A stretch of 64,000 bases of DNA from an uncultured Methanosarcinales archaeon. GTDB taxonomy: Archaea > Nanobdellota > Nanobdellia > Woesearchaeales > CAXGTL01. The position numbers and the translations under genes are program-made. Position 1 is the stretch's first letter. Each line of letters starts with the position of its first letter. Below are positions 18,773 to 28,973 of this stretch, piece after piece. Location of the stretch: positions 115,542-179,541 of the forward strand of contig CAZHVK010000001.1 of NCBI GenBank assembly GCA_964535955.1. Direction: 5' to 3'. The notes under the pieces were generated by a model, which ran no database searches, was not told where the DNA came from, and saw nothing but the letters and a program-made list of their open reading frames with translations.

Positions 18773-21712
18773 TTATTTCTCTTTATTTGTTATTTTACTT
18801 CTTTTTTTATCTATTATAATCAGAATAATCAGAATAGTAATTCCAAGTCCTATAAAATATAAATATTCTTTAATGTAATCAATAAAATAGATTATAGTAT
18901 AGATAATTGCTGCAAGTAATATTATCCAAATAAGAATTTTAAACAAATTTGTTTTTTTTGTTGATTTGTTTGATTTCTCAGGCTTTTTTTCTTTTTTTGA
19001 CTTTTTTATTTTTTTTGTTTTTAATTCTTTTCTTGCTTTTTTTTTCATGTTCTTTTGTTTTACTTTTTCTTTTGATTTTTTTTCTTTTTCTTTACTTTTT
19101 TTGCCTTTTTGTGTCTTTGAAGTTTTTCTTTGTTTGTTTGTAATAAAATTAATAATTAAGATTAATACTACCAAAATAACAAAACCAAGAATAACATAAT
19201 AAAGATAAGATGAGTAAGAAGAACTATATTTAAAAAAGAATTGCTTAATAGAGGTTGCATTTAATTTAGGCTCAGTTGTTCTTATTAGAGATTGTCCAAA
19301 CTCTGTTTCTTTTGTTGTCTTTGTTTCTTCGCCTGTGTCTAATTCTTCTCCTGTGTCTAATTCTTCTCCTGTGTCTAATTCTTCACCTGTGTCTAATTCT
19401 TCACCTGTGTCTGGTTCAAAGACATCCTTGGTAACATCGTCTGTAACATTGTCGGCAATACCTAATCCTTTCTGAGTATAAGAAGAAAAATTTAACACTT
19501 TATTTATATTAACTATTACATGGGAACTAGAAAAATACAAACCAATTAGAATTAGTAATATTATTACAAAAAAAAGAATTATCTTAAGATATTTCCAAAA
19601 TTTTCCTGTTTTTTTAGGTTTTTCTAATTCTAATCTATATCCTTGCCCAAGATGTTTGTCATTAAAACTTAATTCTAGGTCAGACATAAAACCTTTTGGT
19701 TTTTGTTTGGGTTTCTGTTTTGATTTCTGTTTTAATTTCTGTTTGGGTTTTTGTTTAAGTTTTGATTTAGGTTTTAATTTCTGTTTGGGTTTTTGTTTAA
19801 ACATTAATTTCAGTTTAGCTATTATTAGGCTGATTATGTTTTTTCCTTTCCTTTTTTGTGTTTTTCCTGCTTTGTGTTGTAATTTTTTCTTGTCTTCTTT
19901 TGATTTTGTTTTTCCTTTTATTTTTTCCTTTTCTTTACCTTTTCCTTTTATTTTTGGTTTTTGTTTTTCTTCTCTAATAAAATATGTTGTTGAACCTATA
20001 ATGATCAGGATTATAATGACAATAATTATTATTAAAACCAAGATGTCTGCTCTACTTAATCCTGCTTCTTTTTCCATAATTAATTTAGTTGAATAAGTGA
20101 AATTGTTTGTGTTTGCTAAAAATAAAGCTTCAAACTTGTCTTGAGAAGTATTTGTAGGAAGGATGACATTTATGTTAACAGTTGAATTTTCATTAGGATT
20201 TATTGTTACTTCATCTTGTTCTAATGAAAACATATCACTTGGTTCAATTGCAAGATCATATGTTGATTTTAAAACACCTGTGTTCTGAATATCTAATGCT
20301 AAAGATGTTGTATTTTCATTTATTATGAACTTATCTTTAAGAGGTGTAATATCATAACATTGATCATCTGAAATTGTTTTGATAGTTATGCTTTTCTTTA
20401 TTTCTAAGTCTGGATTTGATTTTGATTTTATTATGACTTTATTAGAAGTATAATAATTTTCTTCAGGAGTTGTTATTATGTTAAATTCTGCTTCTGAATT
20501 CTTTGGAACAGAAATAGATTCTTTTTCAAGTTTAGATGAATTGTCACCTTCTAATTCTAATTCAAAATCAGTATCTAAATCAGCATTATTGATTATTTTT
20601 ATTGGTATACTTGTTGGTACCTTGTTGCAAGCTTTTAGACCTTCCGGAACAATAATATTAAAATCATAACATTCATTTATGGTTAGATTTGTATTAAATG
20701 TTTTTTTAAAAGAAGCTTTATCTAATTTAATTGTGAATGTTGTAGGATATACTCCTTTTGAATCTTTACTTGGGTGAGAAGTAAAATTAAGTTCATATCC
20801 TGTTTTAGGGCCTAAAGTGATTTTTTTAAATGGTATATCTATAAAATTTGGACCTTCAACAGAAAGAATAAATGATGCTTCACTATCTTCATTATTTTTT
20901 ATTTGTATGAGTTCTGTGTATTTTTGTTGTTCACAAAAACTGTATTCTTCATCAATGTCTGCTGAAAAATCAAACTTAGGGATTACATTTGTCTGAAAAT
21001 AAGTGGCCGCTTTTAGTTTTGTCTTATCTGTTTTTATAATTAATTTAACAGTTTCAGTTCCAAAATAATCACAAGATGGTTTAAAATAGACTATTAATGA
21101 TTCCTCTTTACCTGGTTGTAAGGTGAAAGATTTCTTGTTTATTGAAAAATATTCCTTTATCCACCACCGAGGTTTTATTTGAATATCAAAATTTTCTGAA
21201 AAAGAACCAATATTTTTGATTTTAAACTCATAAATCAAAGACCCGCATGAAGAGATTGTTTGATTAGAGTTTATTGGTGTTACTTTTATATTACTGCATC
21301 TGTTGATATTGACAGTTTTAGTCAACCTTTTTTTATAATTATTCTCATCTGAAACAATAGTATCTAATATAAAGGATCCTTGCTTGTCACAAGGGGCCTG
21401 TATAACATTATATATTATTTGCTCTTTTCCTGACCCTAACAAAATGGTCTTAGGATTAATATTTGAGAATTCAGCAGCTTTATTCTGATTAGAAATTTTA
21501 TAAGTATGGCTTAAATATCCTTTGTTTTTTATTTTTAGTTCTTCTACTATATCTGAACATTGGCAGAGGTTGATTTCCTTGTCCTTTGAGGTTAATAAGA
21601 AGTCTTCTGATGCTAAAATTAGTGAAGAAAATGAAATTAATGTAATAAAAGATAGGATTATAATTAAATAAAAACTAGAAATTCTATTTAGTCTACCAAC
21701 CCCATAACTCAT
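18773..21712 (-). CDS. Large (979 aa) cell-envelope protein: signal/TM anchor, multiple beta-rich extracellular domains, internal TM helices separated by very K-rich loops, and a (DTGEEL)5 acidic repeat
   Basis: N-terminal hydrophobic segment. Repeated beta-sandwich-like segments (CARDB/DUF11-like patterns such as NIKVTPINSNQTISSCGSLIYEFKIKN). Several TM helices are flanked by KxK-rich stretches. Confidence 0.5.
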   Translation of the reverse strand: MSYGVGRLNRISSFYLIIILSFITLISFSSLILASEDFLLTSKDKEINLCQCSDIVEELKIKNKGYLSHTYKISNQNKAAEFSNINPKTILLGSGKEQIIYNVIQAPCDKQGSFILDTIVSDENNYKKRLTKTVNINRCSNIKVTPINSNQTISSCGSLIYEFKIKNIGSFSENFDIQIKPRWWIKEYFSINKKSFTLQPGKEESLIVYFKPSCDYFGTETVKLIIKTDKTKLKAATYFQTNVIPKFDFSADIDEEYSFCEQQKYTELIQIKNNEDSEASFILSVEGPNFIDIPFKKITLGPKTGYELNFTSHPSKDSKGVYPTTFTIKLDKASFKKTFNTNLTINECYDFNIIVPEGLKACNKVPTSIPIKIINNADLDTDFELELEGDNSSKLEKESISVPKNSEAEFNIITTPEENYYTSNKVIIKSKSNPDLEIKKSITIKTISDDQCYDITPLKDKFIINENTTSLALDIQNTGVLKSTYDLAIEPSDMFSLEQDEVTINPNENSTVNINVILPTNTSQDKFEALFLANTNNFTYSTKLIMEKEAGLSRADILVLIIIIVIIILIIIGSTTYFIREEKQKPKIKGKGKEKEKIKGKTKSKEDKKKLQHKAGKTQKRKGKNIISLIIAKLKLMFKQKPKQKLKPKSKLKQKPKQKLKQKSKQKPKQKPKGFMSDLELSFNDKHLGQGYRLELEKPKKTGKFWKYLKIILFFVIILLILIGLYFSSSHVIVNINKVLNFSSYTQKGLGIADNVTDDVTKDVFEPDTGEELDTGEELDTGEELDTGEELDTGEETKTTKETEFGQSLIRTTEPKLNATSIKQFFFKYSSSYSSYLYYVILGFVILVVLILIINFITNKQRKTSKTQKGKKSKEKEKKSKEKVKQKNMKKKARKELKTKKIKKSKKEKKPEKSNKSTKKTNLFKILIWIILLAAIIYTIIYFIDYIKEYLYFIGLGITILIILIIIDKKRSKITNKEK
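19330..19420. repeat. 24-nt tandem repeat x5 (cctgtgtctaattcttc[a/t]...) encoding (DTGEEL)5
   Basis: The repeat is directly visible in the sequence. Confidence 0.9.
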
Positions 21713-21807
21713 TTGTTGTACCTTTCATTCTTTTTTGATTTATCAAATAATTAAATAATAAAAATGTTTAAAAAAAGAAAATAAAAAAAAAATTAAAAGA
21801 TCAAAGC

Positions 21808-23169
21808 TTAGTAATAACTTTTGTCTTCTTCTTCTAGGTCTTCTTCATCTTCTCTTAATTTATTGAAACCAATGATTAAACCTAAAAGCACTAACAAAAT
21901 CACTAAAACAATTAATCCTATTTCTAGCACTCTTCTGAAGCTTACTTTTTGTTTAGCTGCACTAGCAATACTTAGTTCAGCTGCTTCTTCTTTAACAACT
22001 TTTCCTTCAGAGTCTTTTACTTTGATTGAAACTAATTGTTTTCCTGAAGGTGCATCTTCTCTTGCAGTTGCAAGTACTAAAACAGTTTTTGTTTTTCCAG
22101 CTTCAACAACAACTGAAGTTTCTTGTGCTTTTACTTCGGATGCCCAATCTCCTAATGCTTCAGTACTTATAACAAATGCTTTTGAAGTATCAGCATTATT
22201 GCTTATAACTACTGGGAATGTTGCAACTCTTTGTGATTCAGTTAAAACTTGCATTCCACTGATAACATTAACAGCTGTTTCTTTTGCTTGAGCTTCTTCC
22301 TTACACAAGTCTAAGTCTGACTCAACAACAGTGATTGTTCTTTCTTCTGTTTCTGATTCATCACCATCATCAAACTTAACTTCAACTTCTACTGTGTATT
22401 CTCCTGCTTTTGTGCATGGATCAACTTCGAATGTAAGTGGTTCTGTTGATGCATCTTCATCATACTTAAGTTCTGATAATAACCATGTTGAATCCATTGC
22501 ATTATCTAAACCTGGTATTCTTGCAATAACTTTGATGTCATCTTCTACTGAATCAAATTCACCGATGTTTTCTAGTCTCACCTGAACAGTTAATAGATCT
22601 CCTGCCATTACTCTTGACTCAGGGTGTAACATGATATCTTTGATCTTTATCATGTGATCTTCTTTTGGTGAAACAACTATCTTGAATGTTCCGTCTAGTG
22701 CTTTACCTTCATTATTGAATAATTCCATTTTTTGATTTTCTTGGAACAAATCAATAAATAATGTAGCTTCTGGAACTTCCAAATCTAAATCATCTGGTAG
22801 AGTTAATCTTGCTACTACGTTTTCTACACCACCATTTGCTTTTATATCAAGCTTCATTGTGTCTTCAATTCCTTCTTCGTCATCATCATACCAAATGTAA
22901 ACTCTCATAGTTACATCTTCTACGTCTACATTGTCAGTATTTTCTAAAGTCATTTCTATTTCTATTTCTTCCCCTCTATCAACGTGTGCAGTACGTTCTC
23001 TATCTGATCCTAGTTTCATATCTACTCCGTCAATTAATAGTTCATCTAAAATTAATTTTCCGGATAGACTTGTTGTTTCTGCAGCTGATTCATCAGCGAT
23101 TGCAAAAACACTTAGTACAAAAATGCTTATTAGCAAAATTGTCAATCCTAAAATGTTTTTTATCTTCAT
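21808..23169 (-). CDS. Acidic secreted surface protein (S-layer/surface glycoprotein-like) with an N-terminal signal peptide and a C-terminal TM anchor
   Basis: Signal peptide MKIKNILGLTILLISIFVLSVFAIA. Very acidic beta-rich body. C-terminal anchor IGLIVLVILLVLLGLIIGF plus an acidic tail. I chose the start at 23169 because a GGAGGG SD lies 8 nt upstream; the ORF track extends to 23247. Confidence 0.55.
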   Translation of the reverse strand: MKIKNILGLTILLISIFVLSVFAIADESAAETTSLSGKLILDELLIDGVDMKLGSDRERTAHVDRGEEIEIEMTLENTDNVDVEDVTMRVYIWYDDDEEGIEDTMKLDIKANGGVENVVARLTLPDDLDLEVPEATLFIDLFQENQKMELFNNEGKALDGTFKIVVSPKEDHMIKIKDIMLHPESRVMAGDLLTVQVRLENIGEFDSVEDDIKVIARIPGLDNAMDSTWLLSELKYDEDASTEPLTFEVDPCTKAGEYTVEVEVKFDDGDESETEERTITVVESDLDLCKEEAQAKETAVNVISGMQVLTESQRVATFPVVISNNADTSKAFVISTEALGDWASEVKAQETSVVVEAGKTKTVLVLATAREDAPSGKQLVSIKVKDSEGKVVKEEAAELSIASAAKQKVSFRRVLEIGLIVLVILLVLLGLIIGFNKLREDEEDLEEEDKSYY

Positions 23170-23495
23170 TTTTAATATCCCTCCAACACGAGTTTTAAAG
23201 ATCTTAAATCTTTTCAAACCATATATTATAAAAGTAAACATACCCAATATTTAAACTTTTCTATTTTAAAGTAATTACTTTTAATAACCATTTAGGAGTT
23301 ACTATTGACATAATATGTATTATTTGATCTTTCAATCAATTAATAATCCCCTGGCAATATATAGTTATTATCTTACACCTCATTTTTGTGTGATTGATAA
23401 TCATGATTCTGATTATTCTTTTCCTCTTTTTTTTATTTTTTCTTTGTTTTTTGTTTTTGTGTAATCAATGAAAAAATAATAATAAAATAATGAAA

Positions 23496-25397
23496 TTAAA
23501 TAACTTTTATTCTTCTTATCTTAACTCTTTGATCAGTTCCTGTTGAGATAATTATCCTCATTTCATATGTTCCTGGCATTGTTTTTTCAGGTATTTTAAG
23601 GACAACTTCTTTTGTTAACATGTCGTCATCATCTATTTCAAATGGACCCATTTCTTCTACAAACCCTAATTTTGGTGCTATAATGTGAAGAACTGCTTGA
23701 TCAATGTCTTTTGCTCTTTCTTTTGCAAAATTAACTGAAACATCTACTTTGTCTCCAGGTTTGAAATAAACTTGATTATCATTAGTCTTTATTCTACCTA
23801 CAAATAAATCTCTTTTAGCTGAATCAACAGCAGTGATTGTTACTGTATCTGAAGAAGTTAATTCTCCATCTGAAACTGTTAATTTAAAGACATATTCTCC
23901 TGTTCTTTCTGGTGTAAAAGATGCACGAGCTTGGTCAACATTGTTCATAGTCACTGTTTCTGGACCATCTTCAAATGTCCATTCATAAGTTAACATTGGA
24001 TCAAAAGGATTTGGATCGTATGAACCTGTACCATCTAATTTAAACAATACATCAACTACAGCTTCTTTATCATTTCCTGCATCTGCTACAGGTCTTGTGT
24101 TAATTGCATCCTCACCTGTAACTACAACATTAAACTCAGCCACACCTGCTAAACCTTGGTCATCAAAAGCAACTATTTGCAAAAGATGTGTGCCTGCTTT
24201 TGTGTAATAATGAGATTTATCAAAGTTGTATGATGCTGAGTTAGGAGTAAATTCTTCTGATTCACCATCTCCATAATAAATTATAACTGCCTCAATTAAT
24301 GTATCATCTGTAACTTGACCATTAAATGAAACTTCTAAAGGAGCATCTCCTTCTAAAGGACCTGCTGTTGCAGTAACTTCTGGTCTTTGATTATCTGGAT
24401 CAATTGAAACTAGAAAGTTTGTTACATAAACAACTGCGCCTTCTTGATCAGGTGCATATTCAAATCTTTCTGTTTTACCATTATTAATAACTTCACATTC
24501 CCAATGTTTTACTGCTGCATTATAATTACAAGTAGTATCAAATTGATTATTATGTTCATTTTGTCCTGATAAAGTACATGTACTTTTTTCTATATCACAG
24601 ACATTTAAATTTCCATCTAAAAAGAAATAATCTTTGTCTTTGTGATAACCTTCTGCTGAATGTTCAACTGCATAAGCCCTATTAGCATTAACTACAAAGT
24701 TTGCATTAGGTGTTCCTGTCTTAACAATACCACCTAAATCAACTGTTACTGGTTTTATGAATGCTTCTGTATTATAATCTTTTGCAGATGTTTTAACAGT
24801 GAATTGTGTTATAGCAGGAACTGATGTTTGTGCATCATCTGTTGGTTCTTGTGTATCTTCTTCTGTTTGGTCATCTGTTTGTTCGTCTGTTTGTTCGTCT
24901 GTTTCTTCTCCTGTTAAAGGTACTAAGAAATTTGTTACATAAACAACTGCGCCTTGGTCAGGTGCATATTCAAATCTTTCTGTTTTATCATTATTAACAA
25001 CTTTGCATTCCCAATGTTTTACTGCTGCATTGTAATTGCAAGAAGTAACATAATTATGATTATGATCATCATTACCTGTTAATGAACAAGTTGCTTGTTG
25101 TATATCACAAGTATCAAGATCACTGTCTAAAAAGAAATAATCTTTGTCTGATTTATAATTATCTGCTGAGTGTGTGACTGCATAAGCTCTGTCAGCACTA
25201 ACAGCGAAATTTGCATTAGGATTTCCTACTGCTTTAATTCCACCTAAATCAATATCACACGGTTTAATGAATTGTTCTGTGTTATAGTCTTTTGCAGATG
25301 TTTTAACAGTAAAAGTTGAGTATGCTGCTAATGCACCTGAAGCAATGACTATTGAAATCACAAGAAACATAAAAATCATATATTTTAGTTTTGCCAT
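23496..25397 (-). CDS. Secreted protein with two tandem copies of a novel domain of about 140 aa, separated by an acidic T/E/D/Q linker, followed by two PKD-like domains
   Basis: Signal peptide present. An internal duplication runs FTVKTSAKDYNTE.FIKP...NYNAAVKHWEC.V.NN.KTERFEYAPDQ...VVYVTNFLV. PKD motifs include WTFEDG...GEYVFKLTVSDG. The start at 25397 has a GAGAGGT SD upstream. Confidence 0.55.
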   Translation of the reverse strand: MAKLKYMIFMFLVISIVIASGALAAYSTFTVKTSAKDYNTEQFIKPCDIDLGGIKAVGNPNANFAVSADRAYAVTHSADNYKSDKDYFFLDSDLDTCDIQQATCSLTGNDDHNHNYVTSCNYNAAVKHWECKVVNNDKTERFEYAPDQGAVVYVTNFLVPLTGEETDEQTDEQTDDQTEEDTQEPTDDAQTSVPAITQFTVKTSAKDYNTEAFIKPVTVDLGGIVKTGTPNANFVVNANRAYAVEHSAEGYHKDKDYFFLDGNLNVCDIEKSTCTLSGQNEHNNQFDTTCNYNAAVKHWECEVINNGKTERFEYAPDQEGAVVYVTNFLVSIDPDNQRPEVTATAGPLEGDAPLEVSFNGQVTDDTLIEAVIIYYGDGESEEFTPNSASYNFDKSHYYTKAGTHLLQIVAFDDQGLAGVAEFNVVVTGEDAINTRPVADAGNDKEAVVDVLFKLDGTGSYDPNPFDPMLTYEWTFEDGPETVTMNNVDQARASFTPERTGEYVFKLTVSDGELTSSDTVTITAVDSAKRDLFVGRIKTNDNQVYFKPGDKVDVSVNFAKERAKDIDQAVLHIIAPKLGFVEEMGPFEIDDDDMLTKEVVLKIPEKTMPGTYEMRIIISTGTDQRVKIRRIKVI

Positions 25398-25566
25398 TTT
25401 TATATTACCTCTCATAGTTTTTCATTATATTAATTTATGATTGTAAATTGTGTTGATTTTTGTTGTTTTATTTAAATTTTATGTTATTGCTTTTATTCTT
25501 TGTTGTTCTGTTGTTGCTATATTATAATAATACTATTATATTAAATAAATCAAAAAAATAAAAAAA

Positions 25567-26283
25567 TTAAAATGGATACTTTAAGTCTCCATCTCCTTTA
25601 CCTGAATCTGAACCAAAATCTGGTACTGTTGCAGGTGTTGTTGTTCCTGGGTCATTATCCTTATCAAAGAATATTTTATAAATACCCCAAGCACCTAGGA
25701 CTCCTACTCCTATTTTTTCTCCATCTGACAAATTATCCCAAAATGAACCTTTCTTGTCTGGTCCTGGAGTACTTGTTGAAGCAGATGAACCACTTGTACC
25801 ATAGCCCATTGTTTTTATTAATAAACCCATTTCTGTGTAAAGGTCATCTTGAAAATCTTCACCGATTTCAAAAGTATATGAAAACATTCCTGGAGCATTA
25901 GTTTTTTTATCATCTTCTAAACATGAAACATTGATTTCTTCACCATCATATTCAAAGTTTCTTGATCTTAGAATTTTCTTTTTCATTTTAGCAAAATCTG
26001 TTAATTTCAAACCTAAATAATGAGGTATTCTTGCTCCTTGTGCATTTGTTACAAATGTTCTATATTTAGCATTAGACATTAATCCAACAATTCCTTGAAG
26101 AACTTTTTCTTCTTTGTCTTCTATTTCTCTTGTTTGGTTTTCAACCTTAATAGATCCATTTTCTGCTGCTTTTGCTGGTGTTATATAACCAAGCATAGGA
26201 GCTACTAACATTGATAATGCTAGACCATAACCTAATATTGTATTTTTTATTCCTTTTGTATATTCCATATATTTCCCCTCCAC
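25567..26283 (-). CDS. Secreted hypothetical protein with a Gly/Ser/Thr-rich C-terminal tail
   Basis: N-terminal signal peptide (LGYGLALSMLVAPMLGYITPAKAA). No recognisable domain. Confidence 0.45.
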   Translation of the reverse strand: MEGKYMEYTKGIKNTILGYGLALSMLVAPMLGYITPAKAAENGSIKVENQTREIEDKEEKVLQGIVGLMSNAKYRTFVTNAQGARIPHYLGLKLTDFAKMKKKILRSRNFEYDGEEINVSCLEDDKKTNAPGMFSYTFEIGEDFQDDLYTEMGLLIKTMGYGTSGSSASTSTPGPDKKGSFWDNLSDGEKIGVGVLGAWGIYKIFFDKDNDPGTTTPATVPDFGSDSGKGDGDLKYPF

Positions 26284-26557
26284 ATAAATTACTATTTCAA
26301 TATACTATATTCTCTATCTCAAATCTCTTTTTAATAACTCCCCCTTCTTTTATAAAATTAGCATGAACATATTTTGATATATGCTGAAACGTGCTATTTA
26401 GGAAGTAAATCAAATGTAATATATAAAGCTTTCGGTATGTTAGTATGCAAGAGTAGTTAATATGTGGTTAAATTTTATTACTGAAATCATGTAACACTAT
26501 GAAAATATGCCATTTAAATGTGATTTAAAGCAGCTTAAAAAGCCATTTTAAAGCCAT

Positions 26558-28873
26558 TTAAAGAGCTATTGAAGACCTTTTATTAGATGAAGGCTTTGTG
26601 AAATCAATATGAACTACTTTTTCTTGTGAAGATAAGATTAATTTTTCTAATGAGGTTTTGTAATGATCTAATAATCTAATTCCATGTTCACGAGGATTTT
26701 CTTTATAGTCATCAAGAATAATTGAATATAAATCTGATAATGATTCATAATCCTTATCTTTATTGTTTGAAAAGAATAATATTTTTGATAAAAATCTTCT
26801 AAAGATGTTTGTAAATGGTAATTCTGAAAATGTTCTTTCTACTTCTTTTGGATCAATCTGTTTTTTTACTTCAAGGTATAATTCTCTTAAAACATCAGAG
26901 TCTATTTGTTTATTTAATTCAAAAAATAATCCTTTGAATTCATCTTGATCTGTTGTTTTTAATAATTCTGCGAATTTATCTGAACCAAGAACTCTGTTCA
27001 TTGCAATGATTTGTTCGTCTGTTTGTTTTATTCTTTTTTTTGCTTCATCTATCATTTCTTGTTTTGTTTGTTCATCATCTAAATTATTGTTTGAAGAATT
27101 TGTTTGATTTTTTTTTGATTTAAACACATTAAAGATTTTATTAAAAAATTTTGATTCTTCTCTATTTTCAACAAGGTCTTTTAAATTTGTTAAATATGTC
27201 TGTTTTTGTTTAAACAAATTATTTATTATTGGAAGAGCTTTATGCCAATAAGAAGATGAAATTTTTGACAATCTTCTAATTTCTTCACAGTATTCAATTT
27301 CCCCAAGATCAAAAGCTGAAAATCCTAATTTTGTTTTAATGTGTTCAATAGTAGAAACTCTATCTTCTTCACAATCAGGTTTATATTTTTCTTCAACCCT
27401 TCCACTCATGATAAGAAACTTAGGATCAAATTTATTTCTTAATTTGAGTATGGTATTTATCATTGTTCTTCCTTTTATTGATTTTTCTAAATAAGACATC
27501 AAACTAAGATTGACTATATTATTGGAATATTTATAAGCAATTTCACCATCTTGTTTTATTATATTAACTAAATTTGATTTAAAATCTTGATATTTTTTTT
27601 CAGGGTCATTTTGTGTAGTTATCAAGGCATAATTATTCTCTTCATAATAGGCATTACTATTACTATTATTATTGGTTTCAATTACTGATTTAAGATAAAT
27701 AATTATCTTTGAAAGAAGTTGAGAGGAATAATTTCTATTTTGTATTACTTTAGATAATTTAGTCATATTGTCTTTATGAAATTCTTCTAGCAAAAATCTG
27801 ATAAGGAATGGCGATTCCTCATAAGTTTGTTCTTTTTCATGCAATCTAAATATATTTTTTACTATCAAATTCTTTTTATCAAAATCTCCTAAATACTTTT
27901 TGATGATTTTAGTAGAAAAACCTAGTTCGAGTAAAGCTTCAATCTTTTCAGAATTATCATAATCCACTGATTTAACAGTATTCATTGTCTGATCAAAAAA
28001 TTCCTTTGAAACTGCTTTTGTTTTTTTTAATAATATCTCATCTAGTGATGAAATTTCTAACTCAGCACTTAGATTTTCATTCTCAGAAACCTTATTATAA
28101 TGGTGAACAAAAAAATCTGTTAATGATTGAGCATTGTTTATCATTAAATAAGATTTAATCTCTGAAATCATAAATAATTGAATTAAGGTTTTTATTGAAT
28201 CTTTTTCTTTATCAAAAAGAGATTTATCTTTATGTAGAAAATAACAATAATTATCCTTCAAAGGTTCTTTTTTTGCAAGTTCCTCAAGTGTTGATCTTTG
28301 ATTGTCTTTGTAATTTTTAATGTCAAAAACAGATGAACAATATTTATTATAATGTTTCTTATGTGTTCCCATAATAGAAGTTATTGTTTTATCTTTTCTG
28401 TCTGCAAAAACAAAGTATAAATCAGCAAAAATATCTGTACTTGGTGGCAAACCACCTTGAAAAGTTAGTAAAAAAGTAATGTTTTTATTTTTTCTTTCTC
28501 TAGCTGTATATTCTATTTCTTTTTGCATAATACTTTCTAATTTTTCTGAATTGCCCATCCTAATTGTCTTTGCACCTGCAATATATTCTATTTTAGGTTC
28601 TGCATTAGGATTGTCTAAATCAAGATGTGCTAAATCAACATCAATTGAAACAAAATAAGGAAGAAGTTCTTTTCTTACATTACATCCTGCATCTTTAAAA
28701 TCAGGATTATTTAGACAATAATTATAACAATCAGAAGTTATTGTCCTAACAGTGTTTTCTGCTGTAACTGTTTTTCCTTTATCACCATCACCAGCAATAA
28801 TAACAGTTGTAACTTTAACATCATTAGAATTAATATAATCAGTATTTGTTTGTGATGATGCATAGTCTAACAT
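26558..28873 (-). CDS. Large (771 aa) hypothetical protein with a putative N-terminal P-loop (GDGDKGKT)
   Basis: VTTVIIAGDGDKGKTV fits beta-strand plus Walker A GxxxxGKT. A possible Walker B follows at FVSIDVD. The rest is alpha-rich with no recognisable family. Confidence 0.4.
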   Translation of the reverse strand: MLDYASSQTNTDYINSNDVKVTTVIIAGDGDKGKTVTAENTVRTITSDCYNYCLNNPDFKDAGCNVRKELLPYFVSIDVDLAHLDLDNPNAEPKIEYIAGAKTIRMGNSEKLESIMQKEIEYTARERKNKNITFLLTFQGGLPPSTDIFADLYFVFADRKDKTITSIMGTHKKHYNKYCSSVFDIKNYKDNQRSTLEELAKKEPLKDNYCYFLHKDKSLFDKEKDSIKTLIQLFMISEIKSYLMINNAQSLTDFFVHHYNKVSENENLSAELEISSLDEILLKKTKAVSKEFFDQTMNTVKSVDYDNSEKIEALLELGFSTKIIKKYLGDFDKKNLIVKNIFRLHEKEQTYEESPFLIRFLLEEFHKDNMTKLSKVIQNRNYSSQLLSKIIIYLKSVIETNNNSNSNAYYEENNYALITTQNDPEKKYQDFKSNLVNIIKQDGEIAYKYSNNIVNLSLMSYLEKSIKGRTMINTILKLRNKFDPKFLIMSGRVEEKYKPDCEEDRVSTIEHIKTKLGFSAFDLGEIEYCEEIRRLSKISSSYWHKALPIINNLFKQKQTYLTNLKDLVENREESKFFNKIFNVFKSKKNQTNSSNNNLDDEQTKQEMIDEAKKRIKQTDEQIIAMNRVLGSDKFAELLKTTDQDEFKGLFFELNKQIDSDVLRELYLEVKKQIDPKEVERTFSELPFTNIFRRFLSKILFFSNNKDKDYESLSDLYSIILDDYKENPREHGIRLLDHYKTSLEKLILSSQEKVVHIDFTKPSSNKRSSIAL

Positions 28874-28973
28874 TTTTTTTTGACATTTTTTGTAATTTTT
28901 AGTTATTGTTTTTGTTTATTTGTTAATCAAAAATAAATTATAAAAAAAATAATAAAATAATAAAATAAAAAAA

